DNA of 64,000 bases from Gemmatimonadales bacterium (GTDB lineage Bacteria; Gemmatimonadota; Gemmatimonadetes; Gemmatimonadales; GWC2-71-9): NCBI GenBank assembly GCA_041615815.1, contig JBFJCP010000016.1, positions 1 through 64,000 on the forward strand. Reading direction: 5' to 3'. The notes beneath the pieces are model-generated. The model was not told the DNA's origin, searched no databases, and saw nothing but the letters and a program-made list of their open reading frames with translations. Shown piece by piece: positions 28,168 through 40,368 of the stretch. Numbering within the stretch: the first letter of the stretch is position 1; every line of letters starts with the position of its first letter. Position numbers and translations under genes: made by a program.

Positions 28168-29103
28168 ATGCGAAGGCGAATTCGGTGGACCCTGCTCACG
28201 ATCCTGCAACCGCTGCTGGTGGTGGCAGCAGCCGCCTGCGACGGGCCCGCCGCCCCGGATGGGGATCCCGCACCGCGCCCACAGCTCTCGGGCAGCTCAC
28301 TGCGTTTCTACGGTAACGGTGTGAACGACATCGATCGCGTCAAGATCCCGATCGACGACCCGCGCACCACCAACCCGGGACCCCCAGCCGATCTGGGCGC
28401 CGCCGATTTCGCTATCGAATTCTGGGTTCGGGGATCGCGCACGGATAACGCCACTGCGGCCGTGACCTGTGGCGACAACATCGCCTGGATCTACGGCAAC
28501 ATCGTCATCGATCGAGATCGGTTCAACCAAGATCGGAAGTTCGGTATTTCGCTCGCCGGCGGGCTACCGGTCTTTGGCGTCTCGGGAGACGGAACTGGCG
28601 ACGTCACCATATGCGCGAGCACGGACGCCCTCGATGACGGGTGGCACCACGTGGCCGCTCAGCGCCGGCGCGACGACGGGTGGATGTGGCTCTACGTGGA
28701 TGGACGACTCGAGGCCGAAGCGGACGGCCCCGATGGGGACATCTCCTATCCCGACGACGGCGTGCCGGGTGACTACTGCGGCGGGCCGTGCCTGGCGAGC
28801 GATCCGTTTCTCGTGATCGGCGCCGAGAAGCACGACGCCGGGTCCAGCTTCCCATCGTTCAACGGCTGGATCGACGAGATCCGTCTCTCCAACGTCCTCC
28901 GCTACGCAACGGACTTTGCGCTCCCGACCCAAGCGTTTCCAGGGAATCCCAATACGATGGCCCTCTATCATCTGGACGAGGGTGCCGGAGACGTGATCGC
29001 AGATGCGGCCGCGGCGCCCGGAGGCCCGAGCCCGGGCGAGCGCCGGTTTGGCGGCTCGCCCGCCGGCCCGATATGGAGCACCGAAACACCCCTGCCCCGC
29101 TAA
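28168..29103 (+). CDS. LamG/concanavalin A-like domain lipoprotein
   Basis: Lipobox AAAC; FAIEFWV, DDGWHHVA, LYVDG, FNGWIDEIRLS. Confidence 0.85.
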   Translation: MRRRIRWTLLTILQPLLVVAAAACDGPAAPDGDPAPRPQLSGSSLRFYGNGVNDIDRVKIPIDDPRTTNPGPPADLGAADFAIEFWVRGSRTDNATAAVTCGDNIAWIYGNIVIDRDRFNQDRKFGISLAGGLPVFGVSGDGTGDVTICASTDALDDGWHHVAAQRRRDDGWMWLYVDGRLEAEADGPDGDISYPDDGVPGDYCGGPCLASDPFLVIGAEKHDAGSSFPSFNGWIDEIRLSNVLRYATDFALPTQAFPGNPNTMALYHLDEGAGDVIADAAAAPGGPSPGERRFGGSPAGPIWSTETPLPR

Positions 29104-29741
29104 CGTCCCTCTCCAGCCCCCAGCCGCTCGACGGTCAACGAGGTGACGTGCAGGTTCAGACTGTGGTTCACACGCAGTCCAACGACGCCGTCGACCCGAA
29201 TTTCACCGCGCGGCACGGTCACCACCTTCTCACCGTTGATGAAGAAATCTATTGCGTCCCCTCTGGCCTCGACGGCGAGCACGTTCTTGGCATTCTTCTC
29301 ACCGCCCGGATGCTTCATGATGGCCGCACTCGCAGTCCATGGGCGGACTGTGGTTGTGCCGCTTCCATCTCGCCGTTTCACGAGGAATTCTCCCGTGTCA
29401 CGGATGAGGAAGTAGGTGTAGGACTGCTCCGTCCCCCCGAGGTCCTGTCCACCGAAGAGCACGCCGTACGCCTCGCGATGCCGCCGGCCAGGATCGAAGA
29501 GAAAGATCTCCGAAGTGATGCGAAAGGCGCCGCTGGCCGTTTTGGCGGGGTCGTAGAGGATGGCGGCCGGTCCGGTCGTGACGTGCCAACCCGGTGGCAT
29601 GGTCACGAAGTAGACCGCCGTGTCGGGGGTGCCGGAACGGTCGAAGCGGACTTTCCAATTGGCGGGGCGCTCGAGGTCCTGCGCGTTAGCGGGAAGGGTC
29701 GCCAGCAGGACCACACTGATCAGGGCAAACGCGGTGCGCAT
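29100..29741 (-). CDS. Secreted jelly-roll-like hypothetical protein
   Basis: Signal peptide ANA-Q; FFINGEKV, GVVGLRVNH. Confidence 0.75.
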   Translation of the reverse strand: MRTAFALISVVLLATLPANAQDLERPANWKVRFDRSGTPDTAVYFVTMPPGWHVTTGPAAILYDPAKTASGAFRITSEIFLFDPGRRHREAYGVLFGGQDLGGTEQSYTYFLIRDTGEFLVKRRDGSGTTTVRPWTASAAIMKHPGGEKNAKNVLAVEARGDAIDFFINGEKVVTVPRGEIRVDGVVGLRVNHSLNLHVTSLTVERLGAGEGR

Positions 29742-29815
29742 TGTCTATCTCCCTCATATGATGCAAGGGAAGATGGCACCGGCTCGCGATGGAGAAAAGC
29801 CTCGTCTCGTAGTCG

Positions 29816-29959
29816 CTAGCTGGCAACCGATGGCCGCTGAACCCGCCTTCCACTCGCCCCCTTACCCAGCAGCTCGTACCCCACGAACACGTTCAGGGCT
29901 ACCCACCCGGCGAAGCCCGCGATTGCAGCCCATCTCAGCACCTGCGCCACGACATCCAT
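29816..29959 (-). CDS. Small single-TM protein (47 aa)
   Basis: Below the ORF track cutoff. GGAGG-N5-ATG; MDVVAQVLRWAAIAGFAGWVALNVFVGYELLGKGASGRRVQRPSVAS. Confidence 0.55.
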   Translation of the reverse strand: MDVVAQVLRWAAIAGFAGWVALNVFVGYELLGKGASGRRVQRPSVAS

Positions 29960-30531
29960 AGGATCCTCCAGCTCGGTTGTGGTTGTTGAAGAACTGACTC
30001 CAAGCTAGAGCGAGCCCCACAAGTCCTGGCCAACGCGGACGCGACCAGAATCAATCCGGCAGGTGAGGACCGTCACAACCGTTGGTGAGAGGGTGATTTG
30101 GCTCACGCCGCCCGCGTGGTGTCACCCCCGCCCGGCCCGGCGTACGGATCTGGCCTCGCCGCGACCCGGGCCTGGGGGCTCGACCGTCGCACGGTCCATC
30201 CCGGCGGACAGAACAGGGCCCCCAACGTGCGGACGGCACACGGCCCGGCATCACGAGGATGCAGCGGCCTGGCGTAGTACACGCCTCGAAGATGCACGAA
30301 ACGACCGGCAGCAATCTGGGAGTGCATGGGACCCTCTCACTCAGGTTTCTCGATCTCAGCCTCGGCCCCACATGTCGAGGAGCCTTCCTTTACACGAGGC
30401 GCAACCCAGGCCCGTTTGGGCTCGTGGCAATCACTCCTGGTGCAGACCGAAACGTCGAACGGGGCGGGCGCAAGGGAGGGGGGCAGCGGGGACAAGAGGT
30501 GCGTCCGGACAGCGACGCCCGCTGGAGACGC

Positions 30532-32523
30532 TCAGGCGGGCTCGCTCACCCCCAAGAACGTCCAGACCGCATCCAGGAAATGGGCCCAGGCGGGCTCGTG
30601 CTCCAGCGGGATGTGATTGTTGCTGTCGAGCGGGACGAATCGGGCGCCCGGAATCAGGCTTGCCAGATGGCGGCCTTCCTCGAACGGGACACGGCCATCC
30701 CCCTTGGCGTGCAGCACGAGGGTCGGTGCCGTCACGTGGGTGGCGGTCTCCCGCACGTCGATACTCTGAAACCCTCGCATGATCCGCGCGGCGTTGTCCG
30801 CGGACGCCGATGCCGTCTGGAGCTCGTTGAGCCAGCGCAGCTCTTCGGGCGAGGCATCCGGGAAGAACATGGTCGAAAACACCTGGCGGAACGCCGGGTT
30901 CTGTTGCCCCCACCCCAGGCGTACCAGGTTGATCTCCAGCTCGGCTTGCTCCTTTTGCTCGGGTGCGGTCCGCGCCAGTCTCCCGCGAGCGTAGGCGCCG
31001 TGCAGGATGAGGTGTGTGACCTTTTCGGGGTGTCGTACAGCGTAACTCACGGCAATGGCGCCCCCCTGGGAGATGCCGAGCAGCGCAAACCGATCCAGGC
31101 CGGCCGCATCGACGACGGCTTCCAGATCACCCACCCACGCCCCCAACGTCATGTCGGCGGCCTTCCAATCCGACAGGCCGCAACCGCGCTCGTCGTAGCG
31201 CACGAGGCGGTGGTATCGAGCAAGCCCTTCCCACCAGTGCCGCCACATGGGGCTCTGCCAGTCGAACTCCAGATGGCTCAGCCAATTGGCGGCCTTGACC
31301 AATGGCGGACCCGTGCCGACGCTGGCCCACGCGATCTTGACACCGTCGGCCGTCGAACAGAAACGGATCGCTTGGTCGAGGGCGGTGGGGGTCTTGACCA
31401 TTGGTGGGGTGACGGCCGCAGCGGCCCGAGGGTGTTCCTGGACAGCCGCGGCCGGTTCCCCGGCCAGGTGCGCGCGGACCGCCGTCGCGAAATCGGCGAC
31501 CCTTGCGAACCGCCCTGCGGGATCTTTGGCCATCGCTACTGCAATCGCGCGGCCGAGTGCGGGCGAGAGATCCGGTCGCGTCGCCGAGAGCGACGGCACG
31601 GGTCCCGTGAGATGTTGAGCCACGACAACCAATGGGGTGGTACCACGATAGGGCGGCTCGCCGGCCAAGCACTCGTACAGCACGCACCCCAACGCATACA
31701 GATCGGTCCGTCCATCCACGGGGTCGCCCCGGGCCTGCTCCGGGCTCATGTAGTTCGGCGTGCCGATGGGCAGGCCCGTCTGCGTCAACCTGCCGGGATC
31801 GACGCCGCTCAGGACGAGCGCAATGCCGAAGTCCGCCACCAGGGCGGTACCTTCGTGCAGCAGGATGTTCTCCGGCTTGATATCGCGATGCACCACCCCG
31901 TGGCCGTGGGCGTACTCTAGCGCGGCCGCGACGCCGTCCGACACTCGCAGCGCCTGTGCCGGTTCGAGGCGCCCCACGGCGTTGATCCGATGCCGCAGCG
32001 ACGCCCCGGACACGAATGGCATGACGTAATACAGGTGTCCATCCGCATCGCCTGAGTCGTGCAGCGGGAGAATATGCGGATGCTGGAGGTTGGCCGTGAC
32101 CTTGATCTCCTGCAGGAACCGCCTGGCGCCGATGATCGATGCGACCTCGGAACGCAGCACCTTGACCGCCACGAGGCGCTCGTGCTTGAGGTCTCGCGCC
32201 AAGTACACCGTCGCCATTCCGCCGGCCCCAATGGGACGATCCACCGCGTACCGACCCGCCAACGATTGGGCGATGGGTGCGACTGGACCAGGCGGGGGGA
32301 GCGGACCGTCCACGCTCCGCCGACCAGCAACGTCGAGCGTCCTGACCAGCCCCCCGCGCTGGTGCGCGTGCAGCAGCGCCTCGACCTCGAACCGGAGCGA
32401 CGGAGCATCCCTGCACGCTTCCGCGAGGAACGCCGGGCGTTCGGTCTCAGCGCGAAGGAGCGCAGCGTGAAACAGCTCTTGAACGCGCGACCAGTGGTCC
32501 GGTGAGAGCGGGGCGTCCGTCAT
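30532..32523 (-). CDS. Ser/Thr protein kinase fused to an alpha/beta hydrolase
   Basis: IGAGGMATVY, VAVK, HRDIKPEN, DFG, YMSPEQ; C-terminal YDERGCG, GISQGG, NH. Start moved to ATG 32523. Confidence 0.92.
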   Translation of the reverse strand: MTDAPLSPDHWSRVQELFHAALLRAETERPAFLAEACRDAPSLRFEVEALLHAHQRGGLVRTLDVAGRRSVDGPLPPPGPVAPIAQSLAGRYAVDRPIGAGGMATVYLARDLKHERLVAVKVLRSEVASIIGARRFLQEIKVTANLQHPHILPLHDSGDADGHLYYVMPFVSGASLRHRINAVGRLEPAQALRVSDGVAAALEYAHGHGVVHRDIKPENILLHEGTALVADFGIALVLSGVDPGRLTQTGLPIGTPNYMSPEQARGDPVDGRTDLYALGCVLYECLAGEPPYRGTTPLVVVAQHLTGPVPSLSATRPDLSPALGRAIAVAMAKDPAGRFARVADFATAVRAHLAGEPAAAVQEHPRAAAAVTPPMVKTPTALDQAIRFCSTADGVKIAWASVGTGPPLVKAANWLSHLEFDWQSPMWRHWWEGLARYHRLVRYDERGCGLSDWKAADMTLGAWVGDLEAVVDAAGLDRFALLGISQGGAIAVSYAVRHPEKVTHLILHGAYARGRLARTAPEQKEQAELEINLVRLGWGQQNPAFRQVFSTMFFPDASPEELRWLNELQTASASADNAARIMRGFQSIDVRETATHVTAPTLVLHAKGDGRVPFEEGRHLASLIPGARFVPLDSNNHIPLEHEPAWAHFLDAVWTFLGVSEPA

Positions 32524-32835
32524 TGAGCGATTGCCAGTGCCATTCGCAACCAACGCTGACGCCAAATGCCATCGTTTGTCCAGTGCATTTGTCCAGCGAA
32601 GCTCCGCATCGGCGTCTTGCACCACATCCACTGTTGCCAATCGCAAGGTACACGACAGTGCAGTGACGGCGTGCCCATGCTAATCCACGCCAAGCGGACC
32701 CAGGTCTCGTTACGCGTGTAACCTCGATCACCGCGCAGCATCTGCACGATCGTTAGGTTCGCACTTCACTCTCTGTAGCAGAACTCAAAACACATCTCGA
32801 GCACCCGAATGCGCGCCTCGGGGCGGGAGGACCCC

Positions 32836-34164
<1,329 letters not shown>

Positions 34165-34268
34165 CGCCGGCGAGGCGGCGTGCCGCACAGGAACGTGCGG
34201 AACGCGGCTCGGTTCACGGTGACGTCTGCGGATCCAGTTGAGCGGCGTGGGCTCGCGATATTCTAGCA

Positions 34269-34294
34269 CGCGGCGCCGGGTAGCCGGCGCCGCG
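34269..34294 (+). terminator. GC-rich hairpin after the first lipoprotein gene
   Basis: CGCGGCGCCGG-GTAG-CCGGCGCCGCG; no U-tract. Confidence 0.45.
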
Positions 34295-34575
34295 CCTACG
34301 CCCTGCGTATCACCGGCAATGCGCGACGTTCATCCAGCGACGCCGCCACGATGTCCTCTTGTAGATGGTGCATAGCCGCCAAATGCGAACAGTACGACAG
34401 TGCAGCGACGCCGTGTCAATGCTGATGCATGGCCAACGGACCCACGTCTCGGTGCGCATGTAACCTCGGTCACCGCGTGCACCGGGTGCGATGACTAGTT
34501 TGACACTTCACTTCTGCAGCAGAACTCACAACCCATTCGAGCACCCGACTGCGCGCCTCGGGGCGGGAGGACCCC

Positions 34576-35691
<1,116 letters not shown>

Positions 35692-35714
35692 CGCCCCAAT
35701 GCGAGCTGCGTTCG

Positions 35715-35752
35715 GCGGCGAGGGCCCACGGCTGTGGCTCGGCCCTCGCCGC
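35715..35752 (+). terminator. 12-bp hairpin after the second lipoprotein gene
   Basis: GCGGCGAGGGCC...GGCCCTCGCCGC. Confidence 0.5.
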
Positions 35753-35780
35753 ACCCTGCTCTTCGGACCATCTTGCGATC

Positions 35781-36947
35781 ATGCCAGTCTGGAATGTCAT
35801 CGGCAGGCGCGCAGCCACCGCGGTGTTGCTCTCCGGTTGTGCCGCCTCCTCGTCCACCCTCGATCTCGAGCCCGGTCATGTGGGAGTGCGGGTAGTGACC
35901 CAAGACCGGTATTACGATGTTCGCGGGACAACACCGGAAGAGATGCAAGCGACAATGCTCGCGAATGCGCCGATGAGCGATGGTCGCCGGGTCCGTGGTC
36001 GCACATCCTGGAACGTGCGCTGGCGCTACCAAATCCGGCGGCAGGGCGGCGGGTGTTCCGTGGAGGATCCGCGCGTGAGCCTGGAGATGATCGTGGATCT
36101 GCCGCGATGGCTCGACAGCGCGTCTGCTTCGGATTCGCTCGTGACCGCATGGCGCGAGTTCTACGATGCGCTCCATGCCCACGAAAAGCGCCATGCACAG
36201 ATCAGTCTCGAGGGCGCCAACGCGGTACGCGAGGCGTTGAGCCGCGTTCAGGGCTCATGTAGCACGCTGCAAGACGTGGCCAACCGCGAGGGGCGCGCGG
36301 TGATAGACCGGTACCGGCGGTTGAATCGGGAATTCGACGAGGAGACCCGCCACGGTATCGCGCAGGGAGCGGTATGGCCGCCGGCGTGGGCGGCAAGGCC
36401 CGGCGGCCCAGCACCTCCGGCGGGTCCGGACACGAGTTGGATCGCACTCACGCCCGGAGGACGGGTTGAGTGGCAAGGGCTCCACATCTTTGAGGTGGGC
36501 GGGCCGGATGGCCGCCACGTCTACGTCCGTGATATGGAGGCGCGGGACTCCCTGCTCGTCTACGAGCACGCCGGCACGATCCACGTCCGGCTCTCGCACG
36601 ACGGCCGGTCGATCTTGATCAATCACGACGTCGGGCAGTACGATCGCCTGGTGGTGCTCGTCGAGGTCGAGACGGGCGTGGCGCATCGGTTGGACCAGGA
36701 AGTGCGCGAGCGCTTTGCCCGGCGCCCCCTCGACCCCCGACTGCGGGTGGCGCCGCGGGCCGTCCGATTCTCGGATGATGACGCCCGGGTCCTCATCGGC
36801 ATGTTGCTCGTTCACGTCGACGCGGCGTCGACAGACGAGGCCGTTCGTCTGAGCCGTGCGTTCGAACGGCGCTGGTACGTCGTGGACGTCGAGACGGCAC
36901 GGGTGGTGGGAGAGTATTCGGGGCGGCACCAACCCACCAAGTGGTAG
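35781..36947 (+). CDS. DUF922-like Zn-dependent protease lipoprotein with an extra C-terminal domain
   Basis: Lipobox LSGC; YYDVRG, LPRW, HEKRH, REFDEETRHG. Confidence 0.75.
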   Translation: MPVWNVIGRRAATAVLLSGCAASSSTLDLEPGHVGVRVVTQDRYYDVRGTTPEEMQATMLANAPMSDGRRVRGRTSWNVRWRYQIRRQGGGCSVEDPRVSLEMIVDLPRWLDSASASDSLVTAWREFYDALHAHEKRHAQISLEGANAVREALSRVQGSCSTLQDVANREGRAVIDRYRRLNREFDEETRHGIAQGAVWPPAWAARPGGPAPPAGPDTSWIALTPGGRVEWQGLHIFEVGGPDGRHVYVRDMEARDSLLVYEHAGTIHVRLSHDGRSILINHDVGQYDRLVVLVEVETGVAHRLDQEVRERFARRPLDPRLRVAPRAVRFSDDDARVLIGMLLVHVDAASTDEAVRLSRAFERRWYVVDVETARVVGEYSGRHQPTKW

Positions 36948-37025
36948 TCCGATTCCCCAAAAGTGATGGCCGTCACTCACTTACGGTGACATCTCCTCGC
37001 TGGCACGCGACTTGTATCCCTTTGT

Positions 37026-38009
37026 ATGGCGTCAGGCAGAGGCCCTGGCCAAAAGGGATGGGAGAGAATGCTCTTGCGATACAATGGTGACCGTTCGACG
37101 GAACACTTTGGTCCTAACGGCCCCCCACACACGGCGCAGCGTTATGGTGCCGACAACAGTGGTAAGAAGACCTATGCGTTCAACTCCCTCGGATACCGGG
37201 GTGAGGAATTCGACCGGGCGGCGGAATTTCGCATTTTCGTCTGCGGCGACGGTGACGGGATTGGCACCGGCCTCGACTGGGAGGAGACTTGGGGCTACAG
37301 ACTGAAGTGCATGCTCGCCCGGCGGGTCGATCTCGACTTGTCCAGCGTGAATCTGCTCAATTTTTCGCAGAGCTTCGCGTCGGCGGACTACGTAACCAGG
37401 ACGCTGATCTCCCAGTGCGGAGCGGTGAAACCCGATCTGGTGGTCGCACACTACCCGGAGTCCACCAGGGCCGAGTACTTCACCGTGGGCAAACCGCAGG
37501 GGGTCATCCCGGTGCCGCTCAGCAAGTTCCGCCGGCGGTGGGCTCTTCGACCCGGGTGGCGCCGACGGCTCGCCAAGTGGATGCCGTCGCTTCGGAACAA
37601 AAAAGAAGCGAGGCGGATCCTGGAGGAATGGGAGCACTACGGAAAGCTGTTCAATGCGGAAACGGGGTTCACACGGACCCTGACGAGCATGCTGCTGCTA
37701 CAGGAGTTCTGTCGGGCGCGACGGATCGAATATCTCATCAGTTGGACCGAGCACCGCAAGCTCTTCGACGCACGCTTCGCCAAGAACAACGCCATCACGC
37801 CGCTCATCGCGCTGTTGGATTGGGAACGTTTCTGCCCGTTTTCTCTGGCAGACGGCGAGCTCAAGCTCGATTTCGCCGCGGACGCTGACTATCCTGGTCC
37901 CCGCTCGAGCAAGCTGTTCGCCGAGCGAATCGCCGACCTCTACCTGAAGAACACCGCCCACGCCCCCTCCCCGGACCGCGGTGCTTCACCCCTGCGCGCC
38001 GCGAGCTGA
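37026..38009 (+). CDS. SGNH-hydrolase-like hypothetical protein
   Basis: NSLGYRG...RIFVCGDG...LLNFS...KPDLVV pattern; catalytic residues appear altered. Confidence 0.55.
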   Translation: MASGRGPGQKGWERMLLRYNGDRSTEHFGPNGPPHTAQRYGADNSGKKTYAFNSLGYRGEEFDRAAEFRIFVCGDGDGIGTGLDWEETWGYRLKCMLARRVDLDLSSVNLLNFSQSFASADYVTRTLISQCGAVKPDLVVAHYPESTRAEYFTVGKPQGVIPVPLSKFRRRWALRPGWRRRLAKWMPSLRNKKEARRILEEWEHYGKLFNAETGFTRTLTSMLLLQEFCRARRIEYLISWTEHRKLFDARFAKNNAITPLIALLDWERFCPFSLADGELKLDFAADADYPGPRSSKLFAERIADLYLKNTAHAPSPDRGASPLRAAS

Positions 38010-38056
38010 CGGCGCCGCACCGCTCGACGGCACCATACCCGCCCACGACCTCGGAA

Positions 38057-38106
38057 ACCCGACACCCGACCTCCGTTGCAAGACACCGTCCGTCGGGGTG
38101 TCGGGT
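38057..38106. terminator. Hairpin between convergent genes
   Basis: ACCCGACACCC...GGGTGTCGGGT. Confidence 0.5.
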
Positions 38107-38135
38107 ACACCACCGTCCCCCGACGCCCGTGGTCC

Positions 38136-39062
38136 CTAGTACGTGAAGTGCGCGCCGAAGCCGATGAACGAGGTGTCTTCGAGATAGAACTGTCCGTAGG
38201 GATTGGGCCCGTCGTAGAGCTCCAGCAGCAAGCTCACCCGTGGCGCCGTGCCGCTCGCCCCCAACGCTCCGACTTCTACCCCTGCCCGGCCGCTCCACCC
38301 AATACGCCAGTCACGTTGCTCGAAGGACTGCGCGTCGACGGCCACCACTGGCCGGAGCACCCCCCATTGGCCAATGCGGACGAGCGGTCTGGGGTGTCGG
38401 TACTCCACACCGCCGTGCAGGACTCCGTGTTCGAGTTGGTCGTGTGGCGTGCGGTTGAACCGAAACTCGCCACCGGCGTACCCGCGCACTGGGCCGAAGT
38501 CACGAGATGCGAGGAGTTCGAACGACTCGAACGAGAGATTGAGCCGACGCACGTTCGCGTTGTTCTCGACGAACTCGTCGCCGAGATGCGAGCTCTGGTG
38601 ATAGAAGCGGAAACGCACGGCGTAATCGCCGCGTCGGAACGTGATAGGGATCCCGATGAGGTAGTCCGCGTTGATCAGGTCGTGAGACTGTTGCGTTAGG
38701 TCAAACTGCGCAAACACACCGCCACTCAGTCCGAGCTGGAGACCATCGGCGGCCTCGGGTCCCGGCCAACGAATGATCCCCACACTTGCGCCGATGCCCA
38801 CCGATCCCGTACGCGACCCGCGCGAGGGTGACGACTCACTGAGCAGACTGGCGAAGAATTGTCGCTCACGAGGGTCCGCAATCAACGGCCGGAACACGTC
38901 TCCTCGCGGAAAGATGGCCATGCCCGGATTGACGGCTGCTCCCTCCGATGTCTCATCGGCACCAGCAACCGCTTGCGCCTTGACCGGTCCAGTTAGCGAC
39001 AACAACGCCACCGCCCAAGTGCAGGGTGACGTGAATTGGCGGAGTACTCGTGCGAATCGCAT
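38136..39062 (-). CDS. DUF1207-like outer-membrane protein
   Basis: FRPLIADPRE, LINADY, HQSSHLGDEF, GPNPYGQF; C-terminal aromatic residue. Confidence 0.8.
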   Translation of the reverse strand: MRFARVLRQFTSPCTWAVALLSLTGPVKAQAVAGADETSEGAAVNPGMAIFPRGDVFRPLIADPRERQFFASLLSESSPSRGSRTGSVGIGASVGIIRWPGPEAADGLQLGLSGGVFAQFDLTQQSHDLINADYLIGIPITFRRGDYAVRFRFYHQSSHLGDEFVENNANVRRLNLSFESFELLASRDFGPVRGYAGGEFRFNRTPHDQLEHGVLHGGVEYRHPRPLVRIGQWGVLRPVVAVDAQSFEQRDWRIGWSGRAGVEVGALGASGTAPRVSLLLELYDGPNPYGQFYLEDTSFIGFGAHFTY

Positions 39063-39213
39063 GGCCCAATCTCGAACTGTCTAGCCGTACAACGGCCAGT
39101 CCATCGCAGAAGTTCCCACGGCCCGACCCCGTCCACCGGCGCGCCATTATCTTCCTGAAGCGCCGCGGACGGCGCAGCCAGATACTAACCCATGACGCGC
39201 GCTCCGGACCGCC

Positions 39214-39717
39214 GTGGTGCACTCGCAACGAGGGTCAAACCCAGGATTCGCCGCCACACCGGTCAGGGCTCTGCGGGCCCTTCTCATGGTCTTGCTGGTC
39301 CTCGGGATCGTGGGGACGGTGCTCGAACTGCTCCTGCTGGACCACACCGAGGACTGGTGGCAGCTCGCTCCGGTGATCCTCCTGGGAGCCAGCCTCATCG
39401 TGCTGATCTGGCACGCGGTGGAGCGGGGTCCAGCAAGCACGAAGACCCTGCAAGCAACCATGTTACTCTTCGTACTGAGCGGATTGGCGGGCCTCTATCT
39501 GCACTATCACGGAAACGCGGCATTCGAACTCGAGATGTATCCATCCCTCAGGGGCGTCGCCCTCTTTTGGGAAGCCATGAAGGGCGCGACGCCCGCGCTT
39601 GCACCGGGTACCATGATCGAGCTCGGCCTGATAGGACTTGCGTACTCGTATCGGCATCCGTCGCTTGGCCATCGGCGAGCGTCAGTCCACGATCCTGCCA
39701 GTGGAGCCAACTCATGA
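39214..39717 (+). CDS. Four-TM membrane protein
   Basis: Hydrophobic segments; ELLLLDH, GATPALAPG; ATGA overlap with the next gene. Confidence 0.75.
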   Translation: MVHSQRGSNPGFAATPVRALRALLMVLLVLGIVGTVLELLLLDHTEDWWQLAPVILLGASLIVLIWHAVERGPASTKTLQATMLLFVLSGLAGLYLHYHGNAAFELEMYPSLRGVALFWEAMKGATPALAPGTMIELGLIGLAYSYRHPSLGHRRASVHDPASGANS

Positions 39718-40361
39718 AGCGCCCCCGTACCGTCCTGTTCTCTGCCGTCATACCACTGTTCATGATCCTGTTTGCCAGCCCGGCTCAACCACAGGTGGGC
39801 AAGAACCAAGGGGTCCTGAACCCGAACCTCGCGGGTCCCGCCGAGTTGTCGGCGCTGCCCCACCTCTCCTTGAGCGTCGTAGAAAATATCATCGAGCGAC
39901 GTCCGTTCTTGGATATGTCCGCGTTCCACGCGTTCCTACGGCAATCCTTGACGGACGCGCAACTCGCCAACCTCTATCCAACGCTCTTCATTCCGATCAA
40001 CCTGAACACGGCGAGCCGTGCGGAGATTCTGCTGGTTCCCGGGGTTGGGCCACGCATGGCGCACGAGTTCGAAGAGTACCGACCGTATCGTGCGTTGGCG
40101 CAGTTTCGACGTGAAATCGGCAAATACGTGGAAGACGATGAGCTGGCACGCCTCGAGCAGTTCGTCTTCGTGCCGATCGATCTCAACACGGCGAGTGACG
40201 AGGACATCCTCAGCATCCCCGGCGTGGGCCCGCGCATGCTGCACGAGTTCAAGGAGTATCGCCCGTACCGCCGCATCGAACAGTTTCGACGGGAGATCGG
40301 GAAGTACGTCACCGAACAGGAAGTCGCGCGCCTCGAGCGCTACGTGACGATCAGGCCCTAG
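39714..40361 (+). CDS. Secreted helix-hairpin-helix (ComEA-like) repeat protein
   Basis: Signal peptide; two near-identical LNTAS...PGVGPRM.HEF.EYRPY...FRREIGKYV units. Confidence 0.8.
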   Translation: MKRPRTVLFSAVIPLFMILFASPAQPQVGKNQGVLNPNLAGPAELSALPHLSLSVVENIIERRPFLDMSAFHAFLRQSLTDAQLANLYPTLFIPINLNTASRAEILLVPGVGPRMAHEFEEYRPYRALAQFRREIGKYVEDDELARLEQFVFVPIDLNTASDEDILSIPGVGPRMLHEFKEYRPYRRIEQFRREIGKYVTEQEVARLERYVTIRP

Positions 40362-40368
40362 CGAGACA

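Noticed and set aside
30000..30520. Possible ncRNA or gene in the gap downstream of the kinase-hydrolase gene
   Set aside because: No recognisable RNA motif or credible ORF by eye; an Rfam scan would be needed.
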